This document shows positions 25,837 to 38,431 of a stretch of 64,000 nucleotides of DNA, piece after piece. Each line of letters opens with the position of its first letter. Within the stretch, counting starts at the first letter, position 1. The notes below the pieces were generated by a model. That model was not told where the DNA came from and ran no database searches. It saw nothing but the letters and a program-made list of their open reading frames with translations. The position numbers were made by a program, and so were the translations under genes. The DNA is taken from assembly GCF_038025025.1 (NCBI RefSeq), contig NW_027117344.1:1612001-1676000 (forward strand). The letters run 5' to 3'. Source of the stretch: Phyllosticta citribraziliensis. Taxonomy: Eukaryota.

Positions 25837-26777
25837 TTGATGACATGCAATTTTTCCTTGACTCCATTGGACGGCTCTCTCGCGCAAGATATCCCCTTGG
25901 CAGGTAAGGTTTCGGATCTTGGAGTACGGTGACTGGAGTTGGTCTTTGGGTAGTTTGGGACCTGGGAATGTTCTTTGCAGCTGCGTAGAGCGCAGTGTGG
26001 GCCGAATCGCGGTCATAGACATTCAAGAATGCGAGGATGCAGTCATGATGCAGTCAGCCAAGTCAAGGTCGTGAGAGCACAAGCATTGACTCGATCTAGG
26101 TCACATGGGGTCATCGGCCGCCTATTATTTCCGCATGCTGAGGTCCAGAGGCTCGCTTAACGCGCTGACAGGCGGGAACCGGTTCACGATGCACATCACC
26201 AGATGCAACGGTGCTACCGGCCACGGCGACTGGGGTAGCTCCATGTCCATCCTGGCAATAGATCTGCAGCTTCCCCTCGCGGCTACACAGCTCCCCGTGT
26301 TCTCCCCATGGCGAAATAGGTGCCCCGCATCTGTTGCCCCTCCACGACCAATGCCGTATTCCCACACGGACAGCCGACTCGCTCACCGTCGGACGGACTT
26401 TTCTACGCCGCATTGTTCCTGACCAGTGGGCACAAGATCCTGGTTGCAATGACGTTGGCCAGCACAGCAGTCACTCTCGGCGGCGCAGAATGTCGTCTTC
26501 GGCGTGACATTCACGCGAGAAAAACCGCTGTTGAACAATTCGAAGTGGTCACGGCAACGCGGACCAAGACCCTGTTCAGGAAGCTGTATAGGCGGGGGTC
26601 AATGGCCAGATGTTGGGTACTCTTTAAAAAGCGCACACCCATCCAATGCTCGAATCTGTTTGCCCGCCCTTCACTGTCTGCCCTGTCCCAGAGTCGTAGG
26701 GGCCTGCTTGTTGTGTCTCGTCGTCGGCCTTGATCCAGCTTCAGCGATTGGTGCCCAGGGTTCCCTGAACCAACATT

Positions 26778-29700
26778 ATGAAGCTCTCTACGAGCTTGCT
26801 GGTGCTTACCAGCTTGACCGCCTCGACGCTCGCCCGCGTTATTGGTGGCAAGCCAAATCAATTTATCCAGCCCTACAAACGAGAGGTCTTGCAAGATATT
26901 GTACGTCGATTATTATTCGAAGACTGCTCCTTGGGATCCATCTGACTCACTGCGCAGGTCACTTGGGACGAGCATACCATCTTTGTCAACGGAGAGCGCG
27001 TGCTCTTCCTCAGCGGCGAATTTCATCCCTTTCGGTATGTTGCCAGACATAAGGCATAACAATTTGTTCCTGAAAACCATCCTTGCTAATACTTCTGGGG
27101 CAGTCTTCCGGTCCCATCTCTCTGGTTGGACGTCCTTCAGAAAATCAAAGCATTGGGATTCAATGGTGTCTCAATATACATTGATTGGGCGTTGCTTGAG
27201 GGAAAGTCTGGTAGTTTCGAGGCCGAGGGTGTCTTTGCACTAGAGCCTTTCTTTGAGGCCGCAAAAGCTGCAGGAATATACTTGATCGCGGTAAGCAGGT
27301 CTTTTGGGGAGACCAAGATGTCGGCTAATTGTATAGCGACCTGGCCCGTACATCAACGCCGAAGTATCTGGCGGTGGTTTCCCTGGATGGCTGCAGCGAG
27401 TCCCTGGCAGACTACGGACAAGGGACGAATCCTTTCTCAACGCCACAGAGAAGTGAGTCTTGTCGCATTAATCACGGATAGACTGGCTGACACTTCGAAG
27501 CTACGTCAAATCTATCAGCGAGATCGTTGCCAAAGCTCAAATCACCAATGGCGGACCAGTCATTCTACTGCAACCCGAGAATGAATACACTAGCGCAGAC
27601 GAGACGGTGGTTCCCGAGTTTCCCGATGCGGTTTACTTTGAATACATCCAGGAGCAGTACCGGAACGCTGGCATCGTCGTCCCATTCATAAGCAACGATG
27701 CTCGTCCAGCTGGATACTTTACGCCAGGCTCGCCCGGTGGTGTTGACATGTACGTTTTCCATCCTGTCTTATGCCACAGACGCTCATGTTTCTAGCTATG
27801 GCTACGACGGATACCCGTTGGGCTTTGACTGTGCAAACCCCTACACTTGGCCAGATGGTAACTTGCCAACGGACCGCAACACCTTGCACGAGCAGCAGAG
27901 TCCGAACACGCCCCACTCGGTTTTGGAGTTCCAAGGTGGCTCCTTTGATCCATGGGGAGGCCTCGGATTTGATCAGTGCTCCGAACTCCTCAATCATGAA
28001 TTCGAACGCGTGTTCTATAAGAACAACTACGGCTTTGGCATCACTCTTTTGAACATCTACATGGTAATTACAGTAGCTGGGGATTATTTATTTGGACTTA
28101 TCGCTAACACATTGGAAGATTTTTGGTGGCACAAACTGGGGCAATTTGGGTAAGGAGGTCCTCTCCCGACTCAAACATTCGTGCTAACGGAATCAGGCCA
28201 TCCCGGTGGTTACACCTCCTATGACTACGGTTCAGTCATCAGAGAGACCCGTGTCATCGATCGTGAAAAGTATAGCGAACTGAAACTACAGGCAAACTTC
28301 CTCCAAGTTTCCCCAGCCTACTGGACGGCTGAGGCTCAGAATGGCACAAACGGTTCCTTTACAGATACCAATGCTCTTCACGTCACGGCGCTTCTGGGCA
28401 ACGTCACAAATTTTTACGTCATCCGGTTTGTGCGCATCGAAATCTGGCAGACTCCAGCTGACGAGAATCTCAGGCACTCTGCGTACAATTCGCTCGACTC
28501 GACCAACTACAAGTTCACAGCCCCGACGAGCGCCGGAAATCTCACCATTCCTCAGCTCAATAACACCTTGACCCTCAACGGACGCGACTCGAAGTTCCAC
28601 GTCACTGACTACGACGTTGGTGAATACAACCTGTTGTACTCTACTGCTGAAATCTTCTCGTGGAAGAAGTACGACTCGAAGACGGTGCTCGTTGTCTATG
28701 GCGGCCCTGGCGAACAGCATGAAGCTGCCTTTACTGGCGTTGATGCTTCATTGGTTGAAGGTTCAGGAGTAAACATTGCCAAGAAGGGAGATGCCACTGT
28801 TCTCAACTGGCCTGTCTCAACGTCCCGAAAGATTGTTAAAGTTGGAGAGGATCTTTATGTCTACATTCTTGGTAAGTGTTTGTGGTAATCTCAACGCTTC
28901 ATCTGCTTATTTCGAAATAGACCGCAACTCGGCCTACAACTACTGGGTCACTGATGACATTATCCTCAAGGCTGGCTACTTGATCCGCAATGCAACTGTG
29001 GATGCGGACAGTCTCAGCATCGTTGGCGATGTGAATGCCACCTCTACCCTCGAAGTCATTGGTGGAGCACCAAGCAAGTTGACTACCCTGACCTTCAATG
29101 GTGAGTCGGTGGCTTTCAACCAATCCTCACTCGGCGTTGTCTCGAGCTCGCTTTCATACTCTGCTCCGGAGCTGGACCTTCCTGATCTGAGCAGCCTTAC
29201 CTGGAAGTACTTTGACACGGTTCCCGAATTGTCCAACACTTACTCGGACGAGGCCTGGACTTCTGCGTCTTTGGACTTCACCTACAACTCGCATCGCAAT
29301 TTGACGACGCCCACGAGCCTTTACAGCAGCGACTATGGATATCACTATGGCGTCCTCCTCTACCGTGGCCACTTTACTGCCACTGGCGAGGAAAGCACTT
29401 TGTTCATCACTGCCCAAGGTGGCTCCGCCTCAGGCTTCACCGTCTGGGTCAACAGCACCTTTGTCGGGTCTTGGGCTGGTGCCGACTATGCGAACAACGG
29501 CAACGTAACGTTCAATCTACCCTCGCTCACCTCGGGCAGCAACTACGTCATCACAGTCGTCCTGGACACAACTGGCCTCGACGAAAATTGGACCGTCGGC
29601 GAGGAGGAAATGAAGACGCCGCGTGGCGTTATTTCCTACACGCTCTCGGGCCACTCTTCACAGAGCGATGTGGCTTGGAAGCTCACCGGCAACCTGGGCG

Positions 29701-30227
29701 GCGAAGACTACATCGACCACACGCGCGGCCCCTTGAATGAGGGAGGTCTTGCCGCTGAGCGCGCTGGCTATCACCTCCCCGGCGCCCCGACCGACTCCTG
29801 GAACGACGTGGTCGGCGGCCCGCTGGCCGGCCTCGACAAGCCGGGCGTCGCATTCTACGCGACCACGGTCGACCTGGACATCCCATCTGGCTGGGACGTG
29901 CCGCTGTCGTTTGTGTTTGGCAACAGCAGCAGCACTACCGGCTCCAACGGCACGTCGGCGGTGTACAGAGCGCAGCTGTGGGTCAACGGCTGGCAGTACG
30001 GCAAGTACGTGCACAACGTTGGCCCGCAGGACTCTTTCCCCGTGCCCGAGGGCATCTGGGACTACCAGGGCAGCAACTACGTTGCCGTGGCGCTGTGGGC
30101 GCTCGAGGAGGCTGGCGCAAAGCTTGAGAGCTTCACGCTCGAGGCTGGAACCCCCGTCAAGAGTGGCTATGGTCCCGTAACCGTGGTCGAAGGCGAGACG
30201 TGGAGTAAGAGAGAGGGAGTGTATTAG
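26778..30227 (+). CDS. Secreted GH35 beta-galactosidase (LacA-like), ~8 introns
   Basis: Signal peptide [32 protein letters not shown] (acid/base), LEFQGG (nucleophile), [16 protein letters not shown] and [12 protein letters not shown]. Confidence 0.95.
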
Positions 30228-31736
30228 CGGCTGCGGATCTTTGTATATACATCCACTGATGTAGAATATGGCCCTCTTTGATCCCGTACTGGTGCCTGAC
30301 CTTTATGTTTTTGCTGCTGATAACACATAACGCTTCGCCATACCAATTGCACTTCATCAACGAACGGTGTTCCGCATCAACAAAAACGCCATGCGATGAG
30401 CATCACCACAAGAAGATTACACTGGACCTCTGAGTACCCCTCCAATTCGCGATCCTTTTGCATTCAAAGGATCATGAAAAGGAAAAGTCAATCACTATAA
30501 TTGAGCCGTTCTTTGGGGACACGCGGGCTCCAAGTGAAACTGAATGCTGACCGGTCCTCCCGATCTTCGCCCCCGTGGGCTCTGGGTCTTCTTGGAGAGA
30601 CAAAAAGGACAGTGCAGGGATTTGGAGGAGAATTTATACCAAATGCCTGGAGCGCAGACGACGTTGTTCGCCAATCGCAGTGCACATTTGGATTGCGCAT
30701 ATGGCGAGACCTGGAGTCAAACAGAGCGCATCATTCGAACAGCAGGTTCTGAGCTTGTGATGCTACATGGAGCGCGTAAATCACGCACGAGACTCCGGTT
30801 GCGGACTCGACTCGTAACTCCGCGCGCCCTTTAAAGGACTTCTCTCGGGTATAAATGCTTGGTGATTCGACTTGGTCGTTGCTTACAGCCCAGCCCATAC
30901 GCACTCCTTCCACTATTCTTGGGGTTGGCCAGGTACAGCTGTTGCTTTTCTTAGACTCCAAATTCATTAGTACATTGGTGGATTGCAATTTTGCGTGAAA
31001 GTCAGTATTAGCACGCACTAGTACTGCTGTCAGCCAACATTGTACTGTACATATACGATGTTGGAGCAAGGCTCTTCAACGAGAGGCTGGCTGTTGACTC
31101 AGTTGAAACAGAGGAATCCACATATCAGTGACATCGACTTTGAACCAGGAAAACCCGAGTACTACGCTAGCTTGCCTTTTTGTTCCAGAATGATCGACAT
31201 GTTGGAAAAGGTTGTTTGTTTGGGGCATCGAAGTGGCTGACGGCGCAGTCTTTTATAGTCGACTCAGACTAGCGCTCGGGCCATTGCAGCACGGCTGGTC
31301 GGTCAGGTATCTTCATTTACACATGTGAATGTGGAATCATGAATACGGGCCCTCGTGGATCAATGACTGCTCTCTGAGCATGTGGTTTGCACGAGCCCAC
31401 GTGGATACTCATGGGGCGCATACAAGGGACCAAGACTTGGTCATAAAGTCATGGAAGTCGTGGCACACACAACAGTCAACAAGAGTAGGCAGGGAATTGA
31501 TCTCGTCCATTAGGGAGCATTCATTTTCTCTAACAGCTGACTGATGAGGAGCATTCATATACTATAACCGACACTAACAGGGAGCGTTCAAGGGCCGAGT
31601 GTAGTGATTGTAAGGTTGTGTGTGCCACGACTTTTGCTACCAAGCCTCGGACATATGTATAGAATGACGAGTGCAAATAAATTGGGTATCAAGAACAGAA
31701 TCTGACTTAAATGACACACGAACAAGCGAATTCACC

Positions 31737-32093
31737 CTATCCATCTCCGTCGTCAAACAATTCTCGAGGTCTCTTGCGCCCCTTTTGTGATGGGTCAGAA
31801 ACTCTCGACTCCACACTCAAGGGATTGCAACTCACTCTTAAAGACAAAGTCATCTTGCCATCACCCTGCTCTGGCTGCTGCTGTACTGACTTTTCGCCCT
31901 TCTGCTGGCCAGGACGCTCTGGCGTTGTCGCTGCTGAAGAAGATGCAGAGGAAAGTCTGTCGGACTCGGCGAGCAAGTACTCTTCGAGACCATCGCGCAT
32001 GACACGCCAGTCGTCCTGAATATCGCGCAAAGAATCTTCCACGCTTTCCATGAGGCGCATGAGCGCTTCGAGTTCGGCCTCGGTAGTTGTCAT
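31737..32093 (-). CDS. Small hypothetical protein (118 aa), acidic N-terminal helix and C-terminal KGRKRPR
   Basis: Intact ATG-TGA ORF with protein-like composition. No recognisable family. Confidence 0.45.
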   Translation of the reverse strand: MTTTEAELEALMRLMESVEDSLRDIQDDWRVMRDGLEEYLLAESDRLSSASSSAATTPERPGQQKGEKSVQQQPEQGDGKMTLSLRVSCNPLSVESRVSDPSQKGRKRPRELFDDGDG

Positions 32094-32701
32094 GACACAG
32101 GAAAGTCAAAGTAGAGCTGATCTGGATGGAAACGTCGTTGGTTGAGAGCAGCGAATGCGTCATTCAAAAGATGAATTTCATAGCGCAACGAGCAAAATCG
32201 AAGGGCCGAGGAAAGATGCTGTGCTGGGTGTTTGTGTTGCGTGGTGGTGCAGTGTGGCGCTAGGCGCAAGGCGTGTTGTTGTGGCCATGACTAAAATATC
32301 GCGACCTTTCCTCGTTCAGACGCGTGGTCTGTGCTGCAGACCCTTCTCCCTCGTTCCGGTTGTCTGCGTTGGATGAATTGAAGCCAACTGTTTTCCATCG
32401 ACGATGATGGTCTTGACTATGAGTTTCGTCGCCATCCATTCGATATCAAGAGGATGATTTGGGCGGGCGGCTGTGCGTCTAGTGTGGGCGAGGCTGCCAG
32501 TCGTCCCTCATCATGGACGAATGCGTAGCTGTGACGTCTTCGCGTTCCACTGGCAGGAGCATGTCTTTAAGGCCCCGTTGCCCAATTGGGTGCGTCTGCC
32601 ATTAGTTCTCACCTCCTCTCTGTCTCGAATCCTTCCATTCCCAGACTTTTGCTTTTCCAAATCATTTGCCGAACCAAGGAGGAAACTTGTCGCAAAAGAG
32701 A

Positions 32702-33536
32702 ATGCAGGGCAAAGTCATCGCCATCACAGGTGGCGCCCAGGGCATCGGCCTCGAAACAGCAAAACTACTCGTTTCTCGGGGAGCCAAGGTCTCGATTGGC
32801 GATCTGGATGATGTGGCGCTCAAACAAGCCGAACAAGAGTTGCGAGCTTCCTGCGAGTCTGGGCATGTCCGCGTGCAAAAGTTGGACGTGGCAGACTCAA
32901 GCTCTGTCAATGATTGGATCAATGCTACTGTCAAGTGGGCAGGAAAACTCGATGGTGCTGCCAACGTTGCAGGTATCAATGGACCAGAAGCTGGGGAGCA
33001 GATCCGGGACACTAGCGATGAGCATTGGAGTGCTGTTGTGAACGTCAATCTGTCGGTAAGTCCATGTTCAAGGAACAGTAGTCGAAGATTTTCTCTTACT
33101 GAACATTCAGGGCATGTTCTACTGCGTGCGCTCTCAGCTCAATAATATCAAAAACGGTGGCAGTATCGTCTGCACAACGAGCGTTCAAGGGCTTGTCGGT
33201 TCGCCCGCTACGGCCGCGTACTCGACCACAAAGCATGGGATTGTGGGATTGGTGAAAAGCGCAGCCAAAGAGAATGGAGACCGTAACATTCGCGTCAATG
33301 CAATTGCACCGTACGTCTAGACCGACTTTGCAATTTGAGCTCTTCAGCTAATCAAGCACAGAGGGGCCATCGATACTCAAATGGTGGCAGAGGAAGATCG
33401 CAAAAATATCTCGACGCCGATCAAAAGGCTGGGAAAGCCCGAGGAGTGCGCTCATCTGATTGCGTTCCTGTTGAGCGACGAGGCAAGCTTCATCACTGGC
33501 TCCACCTACCCTATTGATGGCGGCTGGGCTTGTTAG
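32702..33536 (+). CDS. Short-chain dehydrogenase/reductase (classical SDR)
   Basis: [29 protein letters not shown] and [11 protein letters not shown]. Introns at ~33056-33110 and ~33311-33362. Confidence 0.93.
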
Positions 33537-34187
33537 TCCTAAATCTTGGGCCTTTTCCTTTTTCTACAGCTTCCGAATCCCGACCATGAGCATATACCCT
33601 ACGGCCACAGTTGCATCCAATGAATGAAAGAATCCATCAGCCATGTCGAGACAGGTGGCACGAGCAAGTCTCACCCTACAAGGACGGGAGTGCTCCAGCT
33701 GCAAAATTAGAAGCTTAAGCTACCCACACCACGGGCATGGCCGAACCAGGTTCATACTCCCACTTCACCTCCATGCCGACTTGAGAACATCACGCTTTGT
33801 CTACTGCGAACTTCATCCAAAGCCGGTGAACCGATCACGCAGTCCACGTGTGCTCTCAGTCTTTACTGGTTCCCCTTGGAAATGTCTCAGTCACCCGCCG
33901 TCGTTGAACGAGTCCGATTGCATCTCGACCATTTCCTTTGACGTTGTTGCGGTCCTTATAAACCCCCTCAGGTCCTCGTTTTGCCAACATCAGCCACCAC
34001 TTGGCAAGATCACCCTGCAAGCCATCATACTTCCATATCGACTCTCGGAGACTCATTTGAAAAAAAGAAAATCGACTGCGAAAGACAACGAGAACTCAGC
34101 TTTTGGACCCTCGAAATACACGTCAACAAGAAAGAAAGACCGCTTCGGTCCAGCTCCAAGAAACTCTGACTTTGCGACTGCCACCTC

Positions 34188-34523
34188 ATGCTCGATTCCT
34201 GTATGAATTTCTTTCGGAAACGCAAAGACCGCAAATTCTCGCACGGCGACTTTGACGCCAGCGAAACGCTAGCCAAGCGACCACTTGTTGAGGACCAGCG
34301 GCAGACAGACCCACCAGCAAGCAGAAAAGCGAGCCAGGTATCGGCCACTGATCGCATGCCAGCCAAGATGGTCCAGAAACCGGATGGCAACTGGGAAGTG
34401 AACTCGGACTCATGGGAACCTCCCAAAAAGAAGGAAGAGGAGGAGTTTAAAGGGATCTGTGATTGTGAGGACTGCATGACCGTGTACAATGGGTTGAAGG
34501 TTGGGAGGAAGGGGTTTTTCTGA
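34188..34523 (+). CDS. Small hypothetical protein (~106-111 aa) with a C-terminal CxCxxC motif
   Basis: Intact ORF with a TATAAA at ~33957 upstream. No recognisable family. Confidence 0.4.
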   Translation: MLDSCMNFFRKRKDRKFSHGDFDASETLAKRPLVEDQRQTDPPASRKASQVSATDRMPAKMVQKPDGNWEVNSDSWEPPKKKEEEEFKGICDCEDCMTVYNGLKVGRKGFF

Positions 34524-34731
34524 GGACTCAATCAATGTTCGGAGATTGTTAGATTGCAAAGAATCTGTATATTGAAGTCTAATATAGTGCTTGGAGTCGC
34601 ACCACCCGCATGGAATAGAGCGATTGTTAGATGGTTGCCTTTTGGGACAAGTCTTGGCGTCACCTCGAATCCGGAGGTGTGCTCCTCCGCACCGTCTTCA
34701 CTTTCTCTTTCACCGACAACTCTTCCCCAAT

Positions 34732-35499
34732 ATGAGCGCGAGCGACGATGATGATTACTACCTTCCCTTGACCAACGCACGCTATTTTGGCGACGGTCCC
34801 AGAGCAAAGCGTGTCAAATTCGTCCCAGCATCCTCCGCCACCCCTCAGACAACTTCGACATCGAGCAAGCCAGACGGACCCTCCGCTGCAGATCTCTACC
34901 TCTCAATCATCGGGTCCAAAAAGCCACAGACAGCGCCAGCAACTCCGTCAGAGCTTTGCAATCTTCAATCGGAGGGAGAGGCAAATACCTCGCGACACGA
35001 CCGCTCCGCCTCTGTGCCCACGCTGCCCGCAACCTCCACCACCGCCGCCGCCACAACCAGCACGCCGCCTCCATCGGCCACTGCAGAGCCCGAAACCTGC
35101 CCATCATGCAAACTTCCTCTTGTGCCAGGGCACGAAGCCACGCTTGCGCACCAAATCTCGCTGGAACATTCGCACCCGCCCTCGGCCATCGAGCGCAGCC
35201 GCAAGGGCCTGGCATACTTGCGCAAACAGGGCTGGGACCCAGACAGCCGACAGGGGCTTGGAGCCGGCGGAGAGGGCGTCCTGTATCCGATCAAGGCGAA
35301 GGAGAAGAATGACAAGCTGGGAGTGGGCATGACGGCGGCGCAGGCGCAGGCGAGGACACGGAAGGAGGAGAAGAAGGTGAAGAAGCTGGATGCTGCGGGC
35401 GTGAGGAAGAAGGAGGAGGAAGATAAGAAGAGAAGGGAGCGGTTGCAGAGGATTTTCTATGAGAGGGATGACGTTTTGAAGTACTTGGGCGAGGGCTGA
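34732..35499 (+). CDS. G-patch domain protein (GPANK1-like)
   Basis: CPSC...HEATLAHQ followed by the G-patch RKGLAYLRKQGWDPDSRQGLGAGGEGVLYPIK...DKLGVG. Confidence 0.88.
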   Translation: MSASDDDDYYLPLTNARYFGDGPRAKRVKFVPASSATPQTTSTSSKPDGPSAADLYLSIIGSKKPQTAPATPSELCNLQSEGEANTSRHDRSASVPTLPATSTTAAATTSTPPPSATAEPETCPSCKLPLVPGHEATLAHQISLEHSHPPSAIERSRKGLAYLRKQGWDPDSRQGLGAGGEGVLYPIKAKEKNDKLGVGMTAAQAQARTRKEEKKVKKLDAAGVRKKEEEDKKRRERLQRIFYERDDVLKYLGEG

Positions 35500-36097
35500 C
35501 TTGAACGACGTATCGAAGGATCATCAGCCTGGGCATAGCAGTGGCGCATGGGAGTTTTTTTTTGAATTTGGCAGTATACGGAATAGATACCCTGGGCCAG
35601 GCATAGGCTTAATTTTTTTGGGAGACTGGATGGAGCAGCAATGACAAGCATTCGATTACTAGACTTCAGAAACCACTTCGTGGAGCACTCGAAGGATGTA
35701 TTTTACTACCAGAAATGCCCTTAGGAGCTGTTGTTCATTACAACTAGGCCGGAGGTCATCACATCTCTCGACACTGTGAGGAAAGTTTTCAAATGATATG
35801 TTGCACGAAATAAAAGGCCAAGAAGAGTGGACATGATGGCACCTGTCTGGTGTGCAGCTCCCAAGCTCTCGAGGGTCACTCTTCCCTGGACCCTGCAAAA
35901 AAGCGGCGGACCCCTGCACGCCCACACGGTGACGCAACGCACAGCAACGACCACCACAACTCACCCAGGCTTCCACCTGCAAGCTGTCACAAACCACATC
36001 CGACTCGAACCCTCTCGTTCACTTGACCTGCAGCTTGTTTAGTGCTTGTTTCCACCCCCCCCACGCATCCTGTCAGCGCCTAACGTCGTCGACGACA

Positions 36098-37558
36098 ATG
36101 AAACTCATCATCGCGGTGCCCGCGACGGCAGGCCTCGTGTATCGCGCTTGGAGCCACAAGTCGCTGACGCCGCTGGGCATCTTGGTCGCGGCGCTGACGG
36201 CCGTCGCGCACGCGGTGCATCCCTGGAGCGTGTTTTTTGTCCAGCTCGTCGTCTTCTTTTTGGCGGGCAGTGCGGCGACCAAGGTGTGTGAGATTGCTTG
36301 TTTTCGTGTCACTCCATCCTACTCCGTTTGCCTGGCTTTTTTTCCTAAATTTCATCGTCATTCTCAATGTCATTATCCCCCCCTTTTTGGTTGTTGTTCT
36401 TGGCTTGTTCGGCGAGGCCCTGCTCCCAGAGTGCGTGCTGTATCCCCAGCTGCTGCCTCGTCGGCTTCCCAATGTCTGACCTTTCCATTCGTCTGTCGCG
36501 TTTTGGTCTCCCCGGTACATCTTTCTCGGAACCTTTTTGACCCGCATACGATGAGATGAGACGAGACAAGACAAGAACACGCACCACCGTCGTTTTCGTC
36601 ACAAGACGAGCAGACAGCTTGCGCAATCACACATGCACTTAGCCCTAGCACCATTTAAACTCCTCCTTGTCTTCGAATCCCACACAGCCGCCTCGTCCAT
36701 TGCATCAATATCCCGATATCTCGTCTCAAATGCACACTGACACGATCAACAGGTCAAACACGACATCAAAGCGCGGCTGACGCACTCGTCGGCGGGCGGC
36801 GGCGGCGGCGAGGGCCCCAGGACACACGTGCAGGTGCTGGCCAACTCGGCCGTGGCGTCAGTTCTGGTTCTGCTGCACGCGTGGTCCTTGTACAGCACGG
36901 GAGAAGGCAGCTCGAGCGAGCAATGCTTTCCTCGTGGCGGGGCTAGTGGGTTCCGCGTTGCGGATTTGGCGGTGGTCGGGGCTGTGGTGTAAGTTTAGAC
37001 CTCTGTCTCTTTTCATCTCCTAGGACTGCTGTTTTCTTTTGGCCGCCATATGTCGCAACCTCCTGATTGCTAGACCCCTTCCTTTTCCCTTCCGCTCCAA
37101 ACCGTTGTTCGTTAGACTGACTCTCCTGCAGAAACTACGCCGCAACAGCCAGCGACACGCTCTCCTCAGAGCTCGGCATCCTCTCCTCAAGCCCTCCGCG
37201 CCTAATCCTGCCCCCCTTCACCACCGTCCCCCGCGGCACAAACGGGGGCGTGTCACGCGCCGGTCTCCTCGCCGGCCTCGGCGGCTCCGTCCTCCTCGCC
37301 CTGACAGCAACCCTCCTTCTCCCCTTTTGTCCATCCTCCTCCTCCTCCTCCTCCTCAGGGTGGGATCTCGGCGGCAAGCTGAACTTCACGCTGGGCGTCG
37401 CGGCCGCCGGGCTCGTCGGCAGCGTGCTCGACTCCATCCTCGGCGCCACGCTGCAGGCCAGCGTCGTCGACGTGCGGTCGGGCAAGGTGGTCGAGGGCGA
37501 CGGCGGGCGCCGCGTCCCGGTGCGCCGCGGCTCCTCCTCTTCGCCCCTCCGTCCAAGT

Positions 37559-37589
<31 letters not shown>

Positions 37590-37813
37590 TGGCGAAGACG
37601 TCGGCGGTGGATCCGGCCGCGGCGGATGCGGCTAGGGACGTCAAGGCACGAGCGGGCGTGGCGGTTGCTCAGGCACAGGGCCAGGGCGAGAGCAGGAAGA
37701 TTGTCACGGGAAGGGACTTGCTGAGCAACAACGGCGTCAATTTGCTCATGGCGGCGTTGACGAGCGCCGGGGCCATGGTCGTCGCGGGCGTGGCTTGGGG
37801 CGTGTTTTGGTGA
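36098..37813 (+). CDS. DUF92/TMEM19-family integral membrane protein
   Basis: KSLTPLG, FFLAGSAATK|VK, GPRTHVQVLANS, SDTLSSELG, VPRGTNGGVS, GSVLDSILGATLQ and LSNNGVNL. Introns 36284-36752 and ~36988-37131. Confidence 0.9.
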
Positions 37814-38431
37814 GGGTTGACGAGAGGAAGGGACATGCGGTGGAGCGCGCGACGGAATCGAGAGAGGCAGAAAAAGAGTCTGGAGTGGGACGGAATGAGA
37901 AGATTGGAGCTCGATTGATGGATACTCTTTGATGACTTACGCTCGACCCGAGGCGGACCATGTACCAGACGAGATGTTGTGACCATTGCAAGTAGAAGGG
38001 ACAAAAGAGACCAGGAGATCACAAAAGGGCAGCAATGCCACGATATCACGAGACAATCGATATCACTCACTCCATCTCATGCGAATCCCATGTCGTCCAA
38101 ATGCGTGCATTCTCTATGTCTGTTGCTGCGCCGAGGATAAGTAAACCTATTACAATCATGACGTCTTCAAAGCGGAAATAGCTACCCCCATCTGTTCGCT
38201 CATCTAACATGGACATTCGCTATTCACTCAGTGCCCGTATCCCTAGTACATGGCGCCGCCCCCCCCCAATGCAAAACTCAAATAGAAGGGGGGGCGGGCG
38301 CACTTGCGTGCTTTTTCTTCTCCGCATAGATACCGCCCCGTCCTGGTCCGCTGCCATGAGGCCCATTCCCCACATTCACTCGTAAGGTGCCAGTGGCTGC
38401 GTGACACGCAACCGTAGTTGTGCATCTACGC

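Noticed and set aside
30228..31736. Lower-GC gap as a transposon relic
   Set aside because: There are no terminal repeats, no transposase or RT fragments and no clear RIP signature.
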